A DNA stretch of 64,000 bases, from the IMG/VR virus record IMGVR_UViG_3300015371_000004, positions 1 through 64,000 of that record. The stretch is one strand, 5' to 3'. Source of the stretch: a virus. The notes below the pieces were generated by a model, which did not search any database, was not told the DNA's origin, and saw only the letters and a program-made list of their open reading frames with translations. Positions 55,727 to 64,000 of this stretch are shown here, piece by piece. The translations under genes were made by a program, and so were the position numbers. Numbering within the stretch: position 1 is the stretch's first letter; every line of letters begins with the position of its first letter.

Positions 55727-56605
55727 TCAGTACGTCTCCCCCGGAGGTGGGGGGTCGAGCGGCCGATGCCGAATTCGCACCCCACGCCGCTTCACGTCGT
55801 CCACCCGCTGGCAGACGAAGTCAGTCGTGTCCCGGATGGTCGAGGTCACGAGGAGCTTGTAGGCCCCCGGAAACCGCGTCGTCAGGGACTTCATCAAGCC
55901 CGTGTGGATCCCCGGCGCCAAGTCCGTCTCGCCCGCCAGCATGAAGGCGGCCTCGTCCATGACCCCCATCATCGTGTGATACCCAAAGACGGCCGTCGAG
56001 ATACTCGACACCGAGAGCCCATAGATCCGCTTGGGGAAGCGGGCCTTGCGCGCCCCCGCCTTGAATCCCCGGCCGACAAACCATGGCGAGTGCTCGACGC
56101 GCGCCTTGAACTCGGTGAAGACGACGTCCGAGGCCTGATCCTTCGAGGACGAAGCGTTCAAGACCGCAATGCGCGAATTCGGGCCCAGCATGTAGAAGAG
56201 GTCCGCCCGCCTGAGGCAGACGAGCTTGTAGATCGTCCGGGCCATGGCGCAGCCCGCGATGAAGCCCTTGCCAGAGCCCGAGCCCGCCAAGATGTCGACC
56301 TCCCGGACCTGCGGCAGGTCGAAGTAGATCATCAGGTCGACCTTGTCCTGATTGACCAGCCCTTTGAGGTTCAGGTACTTGGCGCCGAGCATGAACTCCT
56401 CGACGTCGACCGGGATCTCGTCGTAGATGAGTTCGTAGACGGCTTCGAGGCCGGAGAGGTCCCCGGCCTGCGCGCGCTTGAGCAGCCGGTAGATCGCGGT
56501 GCGATCCGAGGGCGTCAGCCGCCGGATCTCGTCGAAGGCGTCGAAGCGCTCCTCTTCAGTCGCGTCCGGCGGGAGAGTCGGGGTCGGATTGAGGGATCTT
56601 GGCAT
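55727..56605 (-). CDS. Terminase large subunit, ATPase half
   Basis: Walker A LAGSGSGKG, NASSSKDQA, Walker B GVMDEAAF, motif III LVTST. Confidence 0.85.
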   Translation of the reverse strand: MPRSLNPTPTLPPDATEEERFDAFDEIRRLTPSDRTAIYRLLKRAQAGDLSGLEAVYELIYDEIPVDVEEFMLGAKYLNLKGLVNQDKVDLMIYFDLPQVREVDILAGSGSGKGFIAGCAMARTIYKLVCLRRADLFYMLGPNSRIAVLNASSSKDQASDVVFTEFKARVEHSPWFVGRGFKAGARKARFPKRIYGLSVSSISTAVFGYHTMMGVMDEAAFMLAGETDLAPGIHTGLMKSLTTRFPGAYKLLVTSTIRDTTDFVCQRVDDVKRRGVRIRHRPLDPPPPGETY

Positions 56606-57029
56606 CGGCCTGCGTGCGGGTGAACATCTCGATCACAGCCCGGGCACCCTGCACGGAGACCCCGGCTTCCTGCAGCTTCTCGGCCGCCGTCCGCGCGCGC
56701 TCGGCCTCAGCCTGATCCACGTCCTCGTCGAAGTCGACGTTCTTGGCCATGCGCGAGAGGAGCGACATCTCGTTGTAGATTTTCGGGTCGACCTTGCCTT
56801 CGGCCCGCTCTCTGAGCACCATCACGGCCACCCGCCACCGCTGCACGTTGAAGGTCAGCCACGGGATCTTGGCAGGCGCGCCGGTCGTCAAGAGACCGAG
56901 CGCCTTGTCCATCTCGGCTTCGGCCTCCTGCAGCTTGCGCGACCCCTCCTCGTCAGAGGGTGGCGTAAGCGCCGACTCGTTCGCGTGCGGGAGATCCCGC
57001 TCGACGACGGTCGCAATGGACTCGCTCAT
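56556..57029 (-). CDS. Hypothetical protein, possible terminase small subunit
   Basis: Helical 157 aa directly upstream of the TerL ATPase. Confidence 0.4.
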   Translation of the reverse strand: MSESIATVVERDLPHANESALTPPSDEEGSRKLQEAEAEMDKALGLLTTGAPAKIPWLTFNVQRWRVAVMVLRERAEGKVDPKIYNEMSLLSRMAKNVDFDEDVDQAEAERARTAAEKLQEAGVSVQGARAVIEMFTRTQADAKIPQSDPDSPAGRD

Positions 57030-57588
57030 GTTTGGGTACCGGAACTTCGCACAAAATGGATCGGTGGGTCAACAGCCGCGCCAGCATCTCGGCGTAGCGC
57101 TTGGCGATCCGGCTCTCACTGGCGGCAAAGTACGTGGCGGCCTGCGCCAGATGCTGCCGGACCCGTGGCGACGGCAGCCCGACCCGCTTGGCCGTCTCGG
57201 CCTGCGAGGACGTCTGCGAGAACTCCGCCAGAATCTGGGGCATGTGCTCGGGCGCATCCGGCCAGACCCGGCCCAGATCTCGCCGGACCTCCCAGATCAT
57301 GAGTCTCGGATGGTCAAGGAGAAACGCTAGCCGCTCGCAGGCGCGCTGCATGCGATGGCTGACGGCTTGCTGGGTGAGGTGCAGGGCCTCCCCAATTTGG
57401 TCCTGATTTTTTCCGGCGAAGAAATGCAGCTCGATGACGTCACGCTCGACTGGCGGGATGGTCTTGAGCAGGCGGCGGACTTGGAGGAGGCGCTCCGGGT
57501 TGTGCTCGTCGGCAGGCCGCACAAACTCGATCCATGACCGCAGGTGGAAGGTCTCGGGATCGATGTCGGTGAGGCTCAGCTCGCGCAT
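56953..57588 (-). CDS. Sigma70 region-4-like (tandem HTH) regulator
   Basis: IPPVERDVIELHFFAGKNQDQIGEALHLTQQAVSHR; second HTH SQAETAKRVGL. Confidence 0.7.
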   Translation of the reverse strand: MRELSLTDIDPETFHLRSWIEFVRPADEHNPERLLQVRRLLKTIPPVERDVIELHFFAGKNQDQIGEALHLTQQAVSHRMQRACERLAFLLDHPRLMIWEVRRDLGRVWPDAPEHMPQILAEFSQTSSQAETAKRVGLPSPRVRQHLAQAATYFAASESRIAKRYAEMLARLLTHRSILCEVPVPKHERVHCDRRRAGSPARERVGAYATL

Positions 57589-57592
57589 CGGC

Positions 57593-57787
57593 TCACTGAA
57601 TCGGGAGATGCTGGAGGAGCCACCACCCGTTTTCGGGTAGCTCGGGATGCTGCTTGAGGTGACGCTCAAGAAGATAGAAGCCAAGGTTCTTGGCCGCGCA
57701 GGGCGTTTCCCCTATCGTCTCGAACATCAGCTGCTGTCCCGTCCCCTCCGTGAAGATCGTTTGGTACTTCCGGACCGGTCGACTCAC
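57593..57787 (-). CDS. Small hypothetical protein
   Basis: GTGA coupling to the NusG gene. Confidence 0.45.
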   Translation of the reverse strand: MSRPVRKYQTIFTEGTGQQLMFETIGETPCAAKNLGFYLLERHLKQHPELPENGWWLLQHLPIQ

Positions 57788-58278
57788 ACCCGCTCCAGCT
57801 CGTACAACGCCGCTCGTACCGAGATGTGCCTAGAGTGTAACCGAATTTGGACATCGGCACGATTTTGCCGTTTGTCGACCCGCTGCACCTTCCCGGTCAT
57901 GCCCGTCCATGCCCCCAAGAGGAGGCGCACTTTCGAGCCCCGCCGGAGGAGCCGCGGACGCACCGACCGCCGGACGTCCTTCATCTGGGTCGGCGACAGC
58001 CGTTCGAAGGCCTGCCCGTCCGAGGTTCGTACAAGTTTGTCCACAAAACGCGACCGCTCGACGCGCTGCACGTGCGCGTCCGGGCTCACCTCAAGGAAGG
58101 CGTAGCCCCCGTAGGCGTGGGCCCATGCGATGGTACCGGTGCAAGTTTCCGCAGGAAAGAAGACGCGAACGCCCGGCAGGTACCGGGCGAAGTCTCTCTG
58201 GATGTCAGCCGTGGGGACGTCGGACACCGTGTCCGCCAGCATTGCAATCACCCACTCGCTGGCCGCACGCTTTGCCAC
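57784..58278 (-). CDS. NusG-family transcription antiterminator
   Basis: GYAFLE NGN motif; KOW GSKVRLLLGAWTGMTGKV...ADVQI. Confidence 0.8.
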   Translation of the reverse strand: MAKRAASEWVIAMLADTVSDVPTADIQRDFARYLPGVRVFFPAETCTGTIAWAHAYGGYAFLEVSPDAHVQRVERSRFVDKLVRTSDGQAFERLSPTQMKDVRRSVRPRLLRRGSKVRLLLGAWTGMTGKVQRVDKRQNRADVQIRLHSRHISVRAALYELERV

Positions 58279-58305
58279 TCTGAGGCGAGGACTTTACCAC
58301 AACCG

Positions 58306-59028
58306 CTAGTGGGTCCCCTGCACAACATGCCTACTCAGAAGGTCAGTCAGGACGTTCGTCTGCCCGATTTGCAGCAGGGCGCCTGCATCTTTGGCGGGAT
58401 ACACCGGGGCGGATACCACGAACCCCTCGAAGGTTCCCATCTGCTGGAGCTTGAAGGCCGCGGCCCGACCGGGGAGGTCCGTGTCGAGGAGCGCCACCAC
58501 CAGCTTGGCGTACCGACCAAGGAAGCGCCGCATGGGTCCCGCCACATTGGCGGTCAGGTTGGCGATCACGTCCGGCGCGCCCGCCGCGCGCACCCCGAAG
58601 TAGTCGAAGACGCCCTCCACCAAGACGACGCGCTGGCTCAGCCAGACAGCCGGGAGGGCTTCGTGCATGCCGAAGGCCCGCGGGTGGGCGCGGCTGACTT
58701 GGAAATCCGAATAGGCGTTCTGGCCTGCTTCGAGCTGGTCCGGAAGGAGCCTGACCTGAAACCCCGTCACACTGCCCATCGGATCCTTCAAGGGGAAGAC
58801 GAGCCCGCCCCAGACCGGCCAGTGCTTGGTGGCCCACCCCAGAAAGGCCTTCGTGCCCACCGTGATCGGAGACAGGACCCCCACGTCATGGGCGGCAGCC
58901 ACCTCCAGCGGGACCCCGCGCCCTTCGAGATAGGCGCGCGCGGCGCTCGCGTCGGGCGCCGACTGCAGGGCGTCAGAGGACCGTTTGACTAGCTCGCGGG
59001 TCCACGGACTTGAAGACGGTTCCGCCAT
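58306..59028 (-). CDS. DnaG-type primase (Toprim), lacking the zinc-binding domain
   Basis: YLEGRG, LVFPLKD..G...GFQ.R, LVEGVFD, LDTDLPG. Confidence 0.8.
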   Translation of the reverse strand: MAEPSSSPWTRELVKRSSDALQSAPDASAARAYLEGRGVPLEVAAAHDVGVLSPITVGTKAFLGWATKHWPVWGGLVFPLKDPMGSVTGFQVRLLPDQLEAGQNAYSDFQVSRAHPRAFGMHEALPAVWLSQRVVLVEGVFDYFGVRAAGAPDVIANLTANVAGPMRRFLGRYAKLVVALLDTDLPGRAAAFKLQQMGTFEGFVVSAPVYPAKDAGALLQIGQTNVLTDLLSRHVVQGTH

Positions 59029-59632
59029 GCAGGGACTCCTCGGCTTGGTAGGCCCGGTCAGCGTGGGCCAAAAATTCAGGGAGCTGGGTGACCATCAGGA
59101 TCTGGAGCTTGAGCGACCGGCTCAGATCCTTGAGGAGCGCCCCGACACGGGAGAGGTAGCTGCCGTCCATCGAGACCATCGAGAACGGCTCGTCGAGCAG
59201 GATGAGCGGGGCCAGCCCCATCCGGCTGACCACGACCACCCGGAGAATGAAGGCCACCACAGACGCCGGGCCACCGCCGAAGGCATCGACGATCGGCTCG
59301 TCCACGTCTTCATGCCCGGGGCGATGGTGCACCAGATGCGGCTCCAGCCACGGCTGGCGGAACTTCGTCTGGATGTCGAACCGGAACGTGAGGTCCTGAT
59401 CGGGGAAGACGGTCTTCAGTCCGTAGGTGACCAGCCGCTCGACCTTGCCGACCGACTCGGCGCTCATGGTCTGGAGCAGCTTGTCGAGCGTGGCCTGCGT
59501 GACGGTCAGGAGCGTCGACTCCTGCTCGCCGCGGTCAACTTCGGCGGTGAGGGACGCGACGCGCTGCTGCTGTCCGCCGACGAGGCCGACGAGCCGTTCG
59601 GTTTGCTGGACGAGTTCGGGTAGGGTTTGCAT
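58973..59632 (-). CDS. SbcC/Rad50-like ATPase, C-terminal half
   Basis: Coiled coil, signature-like FGGG, Walker B LILLDEPF, ILMVTQ. Confidence 0.75.
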   Translation of the reverse strand: MQTLPELVQQTERLVGLVGGQQQRVASLTAEVDRGEQESTLLTVTQATLDKLLQTMSAESVGKVERLVTYGLKTVFPDQDLTFRFDIQTKFRQPWLEPHLVHHRPGHEDVDEPIVDAFGGGPASVVAFILRVVVVSRMGLAPLILLDEPFSMVSMDGSYLSRVGALLKDLSRSLKLQILMVTQLPEFLAHADRAYQAEESLHGGTVFKSVDPRASQTVL

Positions 59633-59882
59633 CAGGGATGAACCTTGCAAGCGTCACGAGCGCAGTTTTGAAAAGAGGGTCCGTACTCGGCCGCGGATAG
59701 ATATTTTCCGAGAGGTCAATCCGGCCGTTACACCAGAGCACGCGGTAGCGCGTACTTCGGACCTCCAACACAATGCCGCGGCTCTCAAACGGCAGCCATG
59801 GCCACCCGCGTGACACGACGTCCCCAACTTTGATGTGTCGGTCCTCGACCGGCCGCGGATCGCTGGCGGCACTTTTCTTCAT
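59535..59882 (-). CDS. Hypothetical SH3/KOW-like protein
   Basis: IKVGDVV...GIVLEV...YRVLW. Confidence 0.4.
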   Translation of the reverse strand: MKKSAASDPRPVEDRHIKVGDVVSRGWPWLPFESRGIVLEVRSTRYRVLWCNGRIDLSENIYPRPSTDPLFKTALVTLARFIPDANPTRTRPANRTARRPRRRTAAARRVPHRRS

Positions 59883-60037
59883 GGCTTTTTCTCGGCTAGC
59901 TGCTTCAGCGCCAGATCGCACAGCTCGACGAGGACCTTCAGGTCGACGCCCACCACCGCGCGCGGATGATTGACGACGCACGTCTTCGCGGTCTCGAAGA
60001 TCCGCTTCAGCGCCTCAATGTCCGGCGCGGCAATCAC
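59879..60037 (-). CDS. Small hypothetical protein
   Basis: Coupled on both sides. Confidence 0.4.
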   Translation of the reverse strand: MIAAPDIEALKRIFETAKTCVVNHPRAVVGVDLKVLVELCDLALKQLAEKKP

Positions 60038-60318
60038 GCCAGCGCCTCGTTCGTGATCCGAATGACGTCGCTGCAGCCCGCAATTTCTTTCTTGATCGCG
60101 GCGTGCAGCTCGGCGACCGCCTTGTCCAGCTGGGCTTCAAGCGCCTTCAGCTCGACGTCGGCCTTGTCCGGCTCAACCCCCAGCGCGCGGATCTCCTGCT
60201 CGGTCTGCTCCAGCCGGGTCTTGGCCAGCGCCAGATTGGCCTCGGCCTTCGCGCGCAGCGTCCGCGCCTGACTCTCCAGCTCCCGCAGCTCGACAACTTT
60301 TTTGTAGGTCTGATCCAT
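60034..60318 (-). CDS. Coiled-coil protein
   Basis: 94 aa heptad-rich. Confidence 0.65.
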   Translation of the reverse strand: MDQTYKKVVELRELESQARTLRAKAEANLALAKTRLEQTEQEIRALGVEPDKADVELKALEAQLDKAVAELHAAIKKEIAGCSDVIRITNEALA

Positions 60319-60341
60319 GGCGTCTCAGTGATACCCCAACC

Positions 60342-61100
60342 TCACAGCGACACAGGCCCGCCGCCCGCCGGGACCTCCGGCAACATGGCCTGCTTGTTCC
60401 GGATCGAGACCCGGTAGGCCTCGCACTGCAGCGTGAACGGGCAGTACCGGCAATGGCTCCCGACCTTCGGAGACGTCAGGCCCGCCTTGAAGTCGAGCAT
60501 CGTGCGATCGAGTGAGCGATCGAACGCCACGCGCTGGGCGGGCGTGAACCGGATCCACGTGACCGTGCCCTTGCGGAAGCGCCACTGGCCCAAGTACGAA
60601 GGCTGATACGGCGTTCGCTCCAGCGCCGAGGCGTAGAACCAGAGCTGCTCCCGGTCGCCCTTGCCGGACTTACCATCGAGGAGTCGGTACCGGTTGTCGA
60701 GCCCCTTGACGAGCCAGTCCAGCCGTCCCTCGATCGACACGTCATGGAAGACCCGGCTGACTTGATACTCGACGAGTGCCGGGCCGACCAGCTGCTCCCG
60801 GCGCGCCGTCTCGACAATTTCAGGAATGAGATCGGTGACGACAACCACCTGACTCATGAGGTCGTTGGGCGTCTCCAGCGCGGCTCGCTGGAGCGCTGCG
60901 TACATTTTGGCGGTCGGGTTCGGTGTTTCCCACAGCCGCTCAGTGTAGAACCGCTCCATGATCTTGTGCAGAAGCCGCCCACGCTCGCGGCCCTCGGACT
61001 GCACCTGCGGGATCTGCTCGGTCCGCCCCTCCCGCCGCCACGCCTGCTGCTGCGGGCAGCGCCGGAACGACGCGAACTCCGACCAGCCGACGCGTCTCAT
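60342..61100 (-). CDS. PD-(D/E)XK nuclease (RecB/AddB/Cas4-like, Fe-S)
   Basis: RRCP, G.LLH, EGRLD..LLDGKSG, QL.FY, HCRYCPF..QC. Confidence 0.85.
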   Translation of the reverse strand: MRRVGWSEFASFRRCPQQQAWRREGRTEQIPQVQSEGRERGRLLHKIMERFYTERLWETPNPTAKMYAALQRAALETPNDLMSQVVVVTDLIPEIVETARREQLVGPALVEYQVSRVFHDVSIEGRLDWLVKGLDNRYRLLDGKSGKGDREQLWFYASALERTPYQPSYLGQWRFRKGTVTWIRFTPAQRVAFDRSLDRTMLDFKAGLTSPKVGSHCRYCPFTLQCEAYRVSIRNKQAMLPEVPAGGGPVSL

Positions 61101-61291
61101 TCCACTCCTCGACGCTTCAGCTCCTCGGTGATGATCTGGATCCGGGTCTCGCAGAACTCCACGTTCTCCGCGCGCGGGTCCGCGTCGCGGTCCAGCTTGA
61201 ACGCCTCCCGCAGCTGCACGAGCCGATCATCAGGCCAGATCGGCGACCGGTAGAAGGCGCGCGCGTCGTCGTGGCTGCTCCGTGTTTTCAC
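61097..61291 (-). CDS. Small hypothetical protein
   Basis: Coupled on both sides. Confidence 0.5.
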   Translation of the reverse strand: MKTRSSHDDARAFYRSPIWPDDRLVQLREAFKLDRDADPRAENVEFCETRIQIITEELKRRGVE

Positions 61292-62295
61292 GCCACCGCC
61301 TCCTCCGCCGCCGTCAGGTACTGCTGGACCCGCGCGCGCACATCGTCTTCCACGTCGAGCGCCGCGACCCGCTCCGAGAGGGACTGCGTCGACACCAGCG
61401 ACAGAAAGTCGTCGGCGATCTGCTGCCCCAGCCCGGCCTCGAACTGCGCGGCTACAGTCTTCTCGTACGCGTAGCGTTTTAGATCAAAAATTTTCTCGGC
61501 CGGTTCGACCTTGAGCTTGACAAGGTGTCCCTTGAACTCAAACGTCAACCCGTCCTCGCCCTGCGGGCCCATATACTCTGTGATACCCGCATAGATCGTT
61601 CGCTGCAGCTCCTCCCCCGCCAACGACCCACGCCCAAGCGCGCCGAAGTTCAGGAAGAGCTTGGACCCCACGCGCTGCGTGGCGACGGCCGAATGATCGT
61701 GGCCGAAGTGGTAGACCTGAAACGGATAGGCCGCCAGCGCTTCATAAGAGAGCACAGTCTGCCCAAAGAACTGCCCGCCGGTCTTCGACGCAAACGCGTG
61801 CGCGAGCACGATGGCAGGCTGGAACGTGCTGACCGTCTTGGCCACCGCCGCCCACTTGGCCGGGTCCTTCGCGTCCGGCCATGGGATCCCTACGATCTGG
61901 ACCGGCATAAGCGCAATGCCCTCTAGCCTGACGTCCGTCGGCACGTGGTAGGGCTGGTAGGACACGTCGATCAGCGCGCCCGTCTCGAAGAGCACCCCGA
62001 GGGGCGTCGTGCTGAGCGAGTCGAGCCGGTTGTAGCGCTCGTCGTGATTGCCGGGAATTGCCAGCACCGGGACGCCCACCGTCTTCAGCCACGCGGCCAG
62101 TCGCGCGACGATCGCGTAGGACGTGTTCACCGAATTGAACAGATCCCCGGCCACCGCGATGACGTTGACCTTCTCCAGCTGCGCAATCTCGGCGACCTGA
62201 TCGAGCTTGCGGAACATCGTGTCCGGCCAGCTGTCGAGTCGGCTCGACGGGGTCAGATGCCAAAGATGCCAGTCGTTCGTGTGGAGACACTTCAT
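61288..62295 (-). CDS. SbcD/Mre11-like metallophosphoesterase nuclease
   Basis: NDWH, AGDLF, PGNHD, AH, GHDH. Confidence 0.9.
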   Translation of the reverse strand: MKCLHTNDWHLWHLTPSSRLDSWPDTMFRKLDQVAEIAQLEKVNVIAVAGDLFNSVNTSYAIVARLAAWLKTVGVPVLAIPGNHDERYNRLDSLSTTPLGVLFETGALIDVSYQPYHVPTDVRLEGIALMPVQIVGIPWPDAKDPAKWAAVAKTVSTFQPAIVLAHAFASKTGGQFFGQTVLSYEALAAYPFQVYHFGHDHSAVATQRVGSKLFLNFGALGRGSLAGEELQRTIYAGITEYMGPQGEDGLTFEFKGHLVKLKVEPAEKIFDLKRYAYEKTVAAQFEAGLGQQIADDFLSLVSTQSLSERVAALDVEDDVRARVQQYLTAAEEAVA

Positions 62296-63494
62296 CCGAG
62301 GAGCGCCTCCAAGTCTTCGTCGATCTGGCCCTGCCCCAACGGGACCCGCTGGCCACAGACCGGGCAGATTTTCAGGTCATGCAGGGCAGTCGCCACCGCT
62401 CCCTCCGCCTGCTCAACGTCCTGACTCGACGCCCCGAAGGCCGCCTCTGCCATGCGCAGCGAGGCCAGCGCGTTCGCGAGCTGGTTCACCAGCGCGCGCA
62501 AGGCCGTCGCCGTGTCCATCGCTTTCGAGTACCCGAGCTGTGGACTTTCCGGAGGCGGGTGAAGGCCTTTGACCACCCAGAGCTTGCGGAGGCGCGCCGC
62601 CAGATCGGCCACGCGCCAGTGACGCTCTTGCAGGACTTCGATGCCCGACGGCTCCCGGGCCGGAGGCAGCTCGACCATGACCCCCTTCTGGAGAGCTGCA
62701 CGCTTGGGGATCAGGTTGGCCAGACGCTGGCCGATGTTCGCCTGCGCTTCAATCGGCCCAAGGTCGACGGCTGTGGGGAGGTCGGCAGCCACCGCGGCCT
62801 GCAGCATCCGGCGCCGTGCCAGCGCCGCAGTCAGGCGGGAGACCCGGTCACGCAGGGCATCAACCCGCACACTCTCCAGCTTCAACCGCTCGACCGCCTC
62901 CACGAGCTTCGCGACCGGCGGCTCGATCGTCTCCACAATCGCCTGTGCCTTGGTCAGGTCTGCCCGCCTCAGCCCCAGCAGCTGGCGCGCCGACCTAAGA
63001 TCCTTGGCGCACGCCGCGCTCGCCCGAAGCAGAATGTCCAGCCGGGACGCCCGCGTGAGGATCTCGCTGACCGTGCTCCCCGGCAGCTGCAGCATGAAGA
63101 TCGGATCCAGCTGGCCCCCGACCTGCGGGCGGATCGACTCCTTGTCATCGAGCTTCAGATCCCGGTAGCCCGCGTCGACCAGTGGCTGTGGCGCGTAGCG
63201 GTTCACGTTGGTGAAGGGCTCACCGTTCACCGAGAACTCGTTCACGCTCTTGCCCTTCTCCCAGACCACATGAAGCGGCGGCCCGTCCTTGGCCGGAACG
63301 TCCGTCAGCTCGACGCGCGTCTTTGACTCGCCCTTGCGGACGAAGCCTGCGCCCGGCCGATTGAAGAGGGCCCCGGTCACCGCCCGGATCAGCGCGCTCT
63401 TGCCGAGGTTCGAGCGGCCGACGATCACCGTCAGCCCCTCAGCTTCCACCTCGGCTGATTCGAGCGACTGGAAATTTTTAACGGAGATTTTCAT
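62292..63494 (-). CDS. SbcC/Rad50-like ATPase, N-terminal half ending at the zinc hook
   Basis: KNFQS, Walker A GRSNLGKS, Q-loop, coiled coil, C-terminal CPVCG. Confidence 0.85.
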   Translation of the reverse strand: MKISVKNFQSLESAEVEAEGLTVIVGRSNLGKSALIRAVTGALFNRPGAGFVRKGESKTRVELTDVPAKDGPPLHVVWEKGKSVNEFSVNGEPFTNVNRYAPQPLVDAGYRDLKLDDKESIRPQVGGQLDPIFMLQLPGSTVSEILTRASRLDILLRASAACAKDLRSARQLLGLRRADLTKAQAIVETIEPPVAKLVEAVERLKLESVRVDALRDRVSRLTAALARRRMLQAAVAADLPTAVDLGPIEAQANIGQRLANLIPKRAALQKGVMVELPPAREPSGIEVLQERHWRVADLAARLRKLWVVKGLHPPPESPQLGYSKAMDTATALRALVNQLANALASLRMAEAAFGASSQDVEQAEGAVATALHDLKICPVCGQRVPLGQGQIDEDLEALLG

Positions 63495-63721
63495 GTGGCC
63501 ACGCCACGCGGGTCCGTGTAGATCAGCTCGACCTTCTCGACATGTGAGTACTTGATCTCATGGTGGTCTGCGGCTGCCAAGCCCAGCTCACGCACCTGCG
63601 AGACGGAGTCATCGAGGGCAAATTCCTTCTGATAGACGAAGGAGACCACGTGCTGCCACCGAACCCCCAACGGCGACACCTCGACTCGTGCGCCGTAGAT
63701 CGTTACGCGCCACTGAGCCAT
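63491..63721 (-). CDS. Small hypothetical protein
   Basis: MAQWRVTIYG..., ATGA coupling. Confidence 0.45.
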   Translation of the reverse strand: MAQWRVTIYGARVEVSPLGVRWQHVVSFVYQKEFALDDSVSQVRELGLAAADHHEIKYSHVEKVELIYTDPRGVAT

Positions 63722-64000
63722 TTGAGGATCCCCGCGTCGATGAGCTTCTGCTTGATCGCCTGCATGAAGGGCGGCGTGTTTAGCGCATGGTCGTAGAGCG
63801 CCGAGTCGCCCTGCCACTTCCCGCTCTGCCCGCCCCCGTCGTCGAAGACGAACCACGCGGCCTTCTGCTCAATGACCCCGGCCGCCTTGGCCGCATCGAG
63901 CAGCGTCTGGATGTTGTCGATCCCGTACACCTGCCGCTCTTCATCGAAGCGGATCGTGAACTCCACCTTACGGAAGGCAGGCATCACCTTGGACTTGGCG
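63703..64000 (-). CDS. recA: RecA-like recombinase, C-terminal part
   Basis: KSKVMPAFRKVEFTI...GID...AGVIEQKAAWF...QG matches the RecA C-terminal domain; 5' end outside the window. Confidence 0.75.
   Translation of the reverse strand, partial: AKSKVMPAFRKVEFTIRFDEERQVYGIDNIQTLLDAAKAAGVIEQKAAWFVFDDGGGQSGKWQGDSALYDHALNTPPFMQAIKQKLIDAGILKWLSGA

Noticed and set aside
60342-61100. Cas4-like nuclease as evidence of CRISPR-Cas
   Set aside because: No repeat-spacer array or other cas genes; it sits in a recombination cluster
1-64000. tRNA, rRNA, integrase or transposase genes
   Set aside because: None recognised by eye and intergenic space is minimal; a tRNAscan/Infernal run would be needed to exclude small RNAs

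Overview
This window is a high-GC segment of a tailed dsDNA phage (siphovirus-type) genome, read almost entirely on the minus strand. From right to left it carries: (1) recombination/replication genes (RecA C-terminus, split SbcC/Rad50, SbcD/Mre11, PD-(D/E)XK nuclease, Toprim primase); (2) a NusG paralogue and a sigma-region-4-like protein; (3) a terminase large subunit split into ATPase and nuclease genes 4.6 kb apart; (4) portal, MuF, protease-scaffold and major capsid genes; (5) neck, tail tube, frameshifted chaperone, tape measure and tail tip genes, with two glycosyltransferases among the head and tail genes; (6) a membrane-protein-rich lysis cassette; (7) a cluster of small accessory genes; (8) glycan-active proteins at the left end, including a >1000-aa G8/beta-helix/GH-A ORF missing from the ORF track. 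The most striking signal is a short motif, xxE-xN(D/P)CHxPxGxPxGGQFC, present 8 times in 7 otherwise unrelated genes (zeta-toxin kinase, HExxH peptidase and others). It always directly follows a Glu site resembling those in the scaffold, capsid and portal, suggesting a modular capsid-loading and protease-release tag for virion-delivered effectors. Two accessory islands carry six near-identical ECF-sigma-type promoters (GGAAC-GTCTAA) with TACA-N4-TGTA palindromes. All family assignments are from motif recognition, not database searches.
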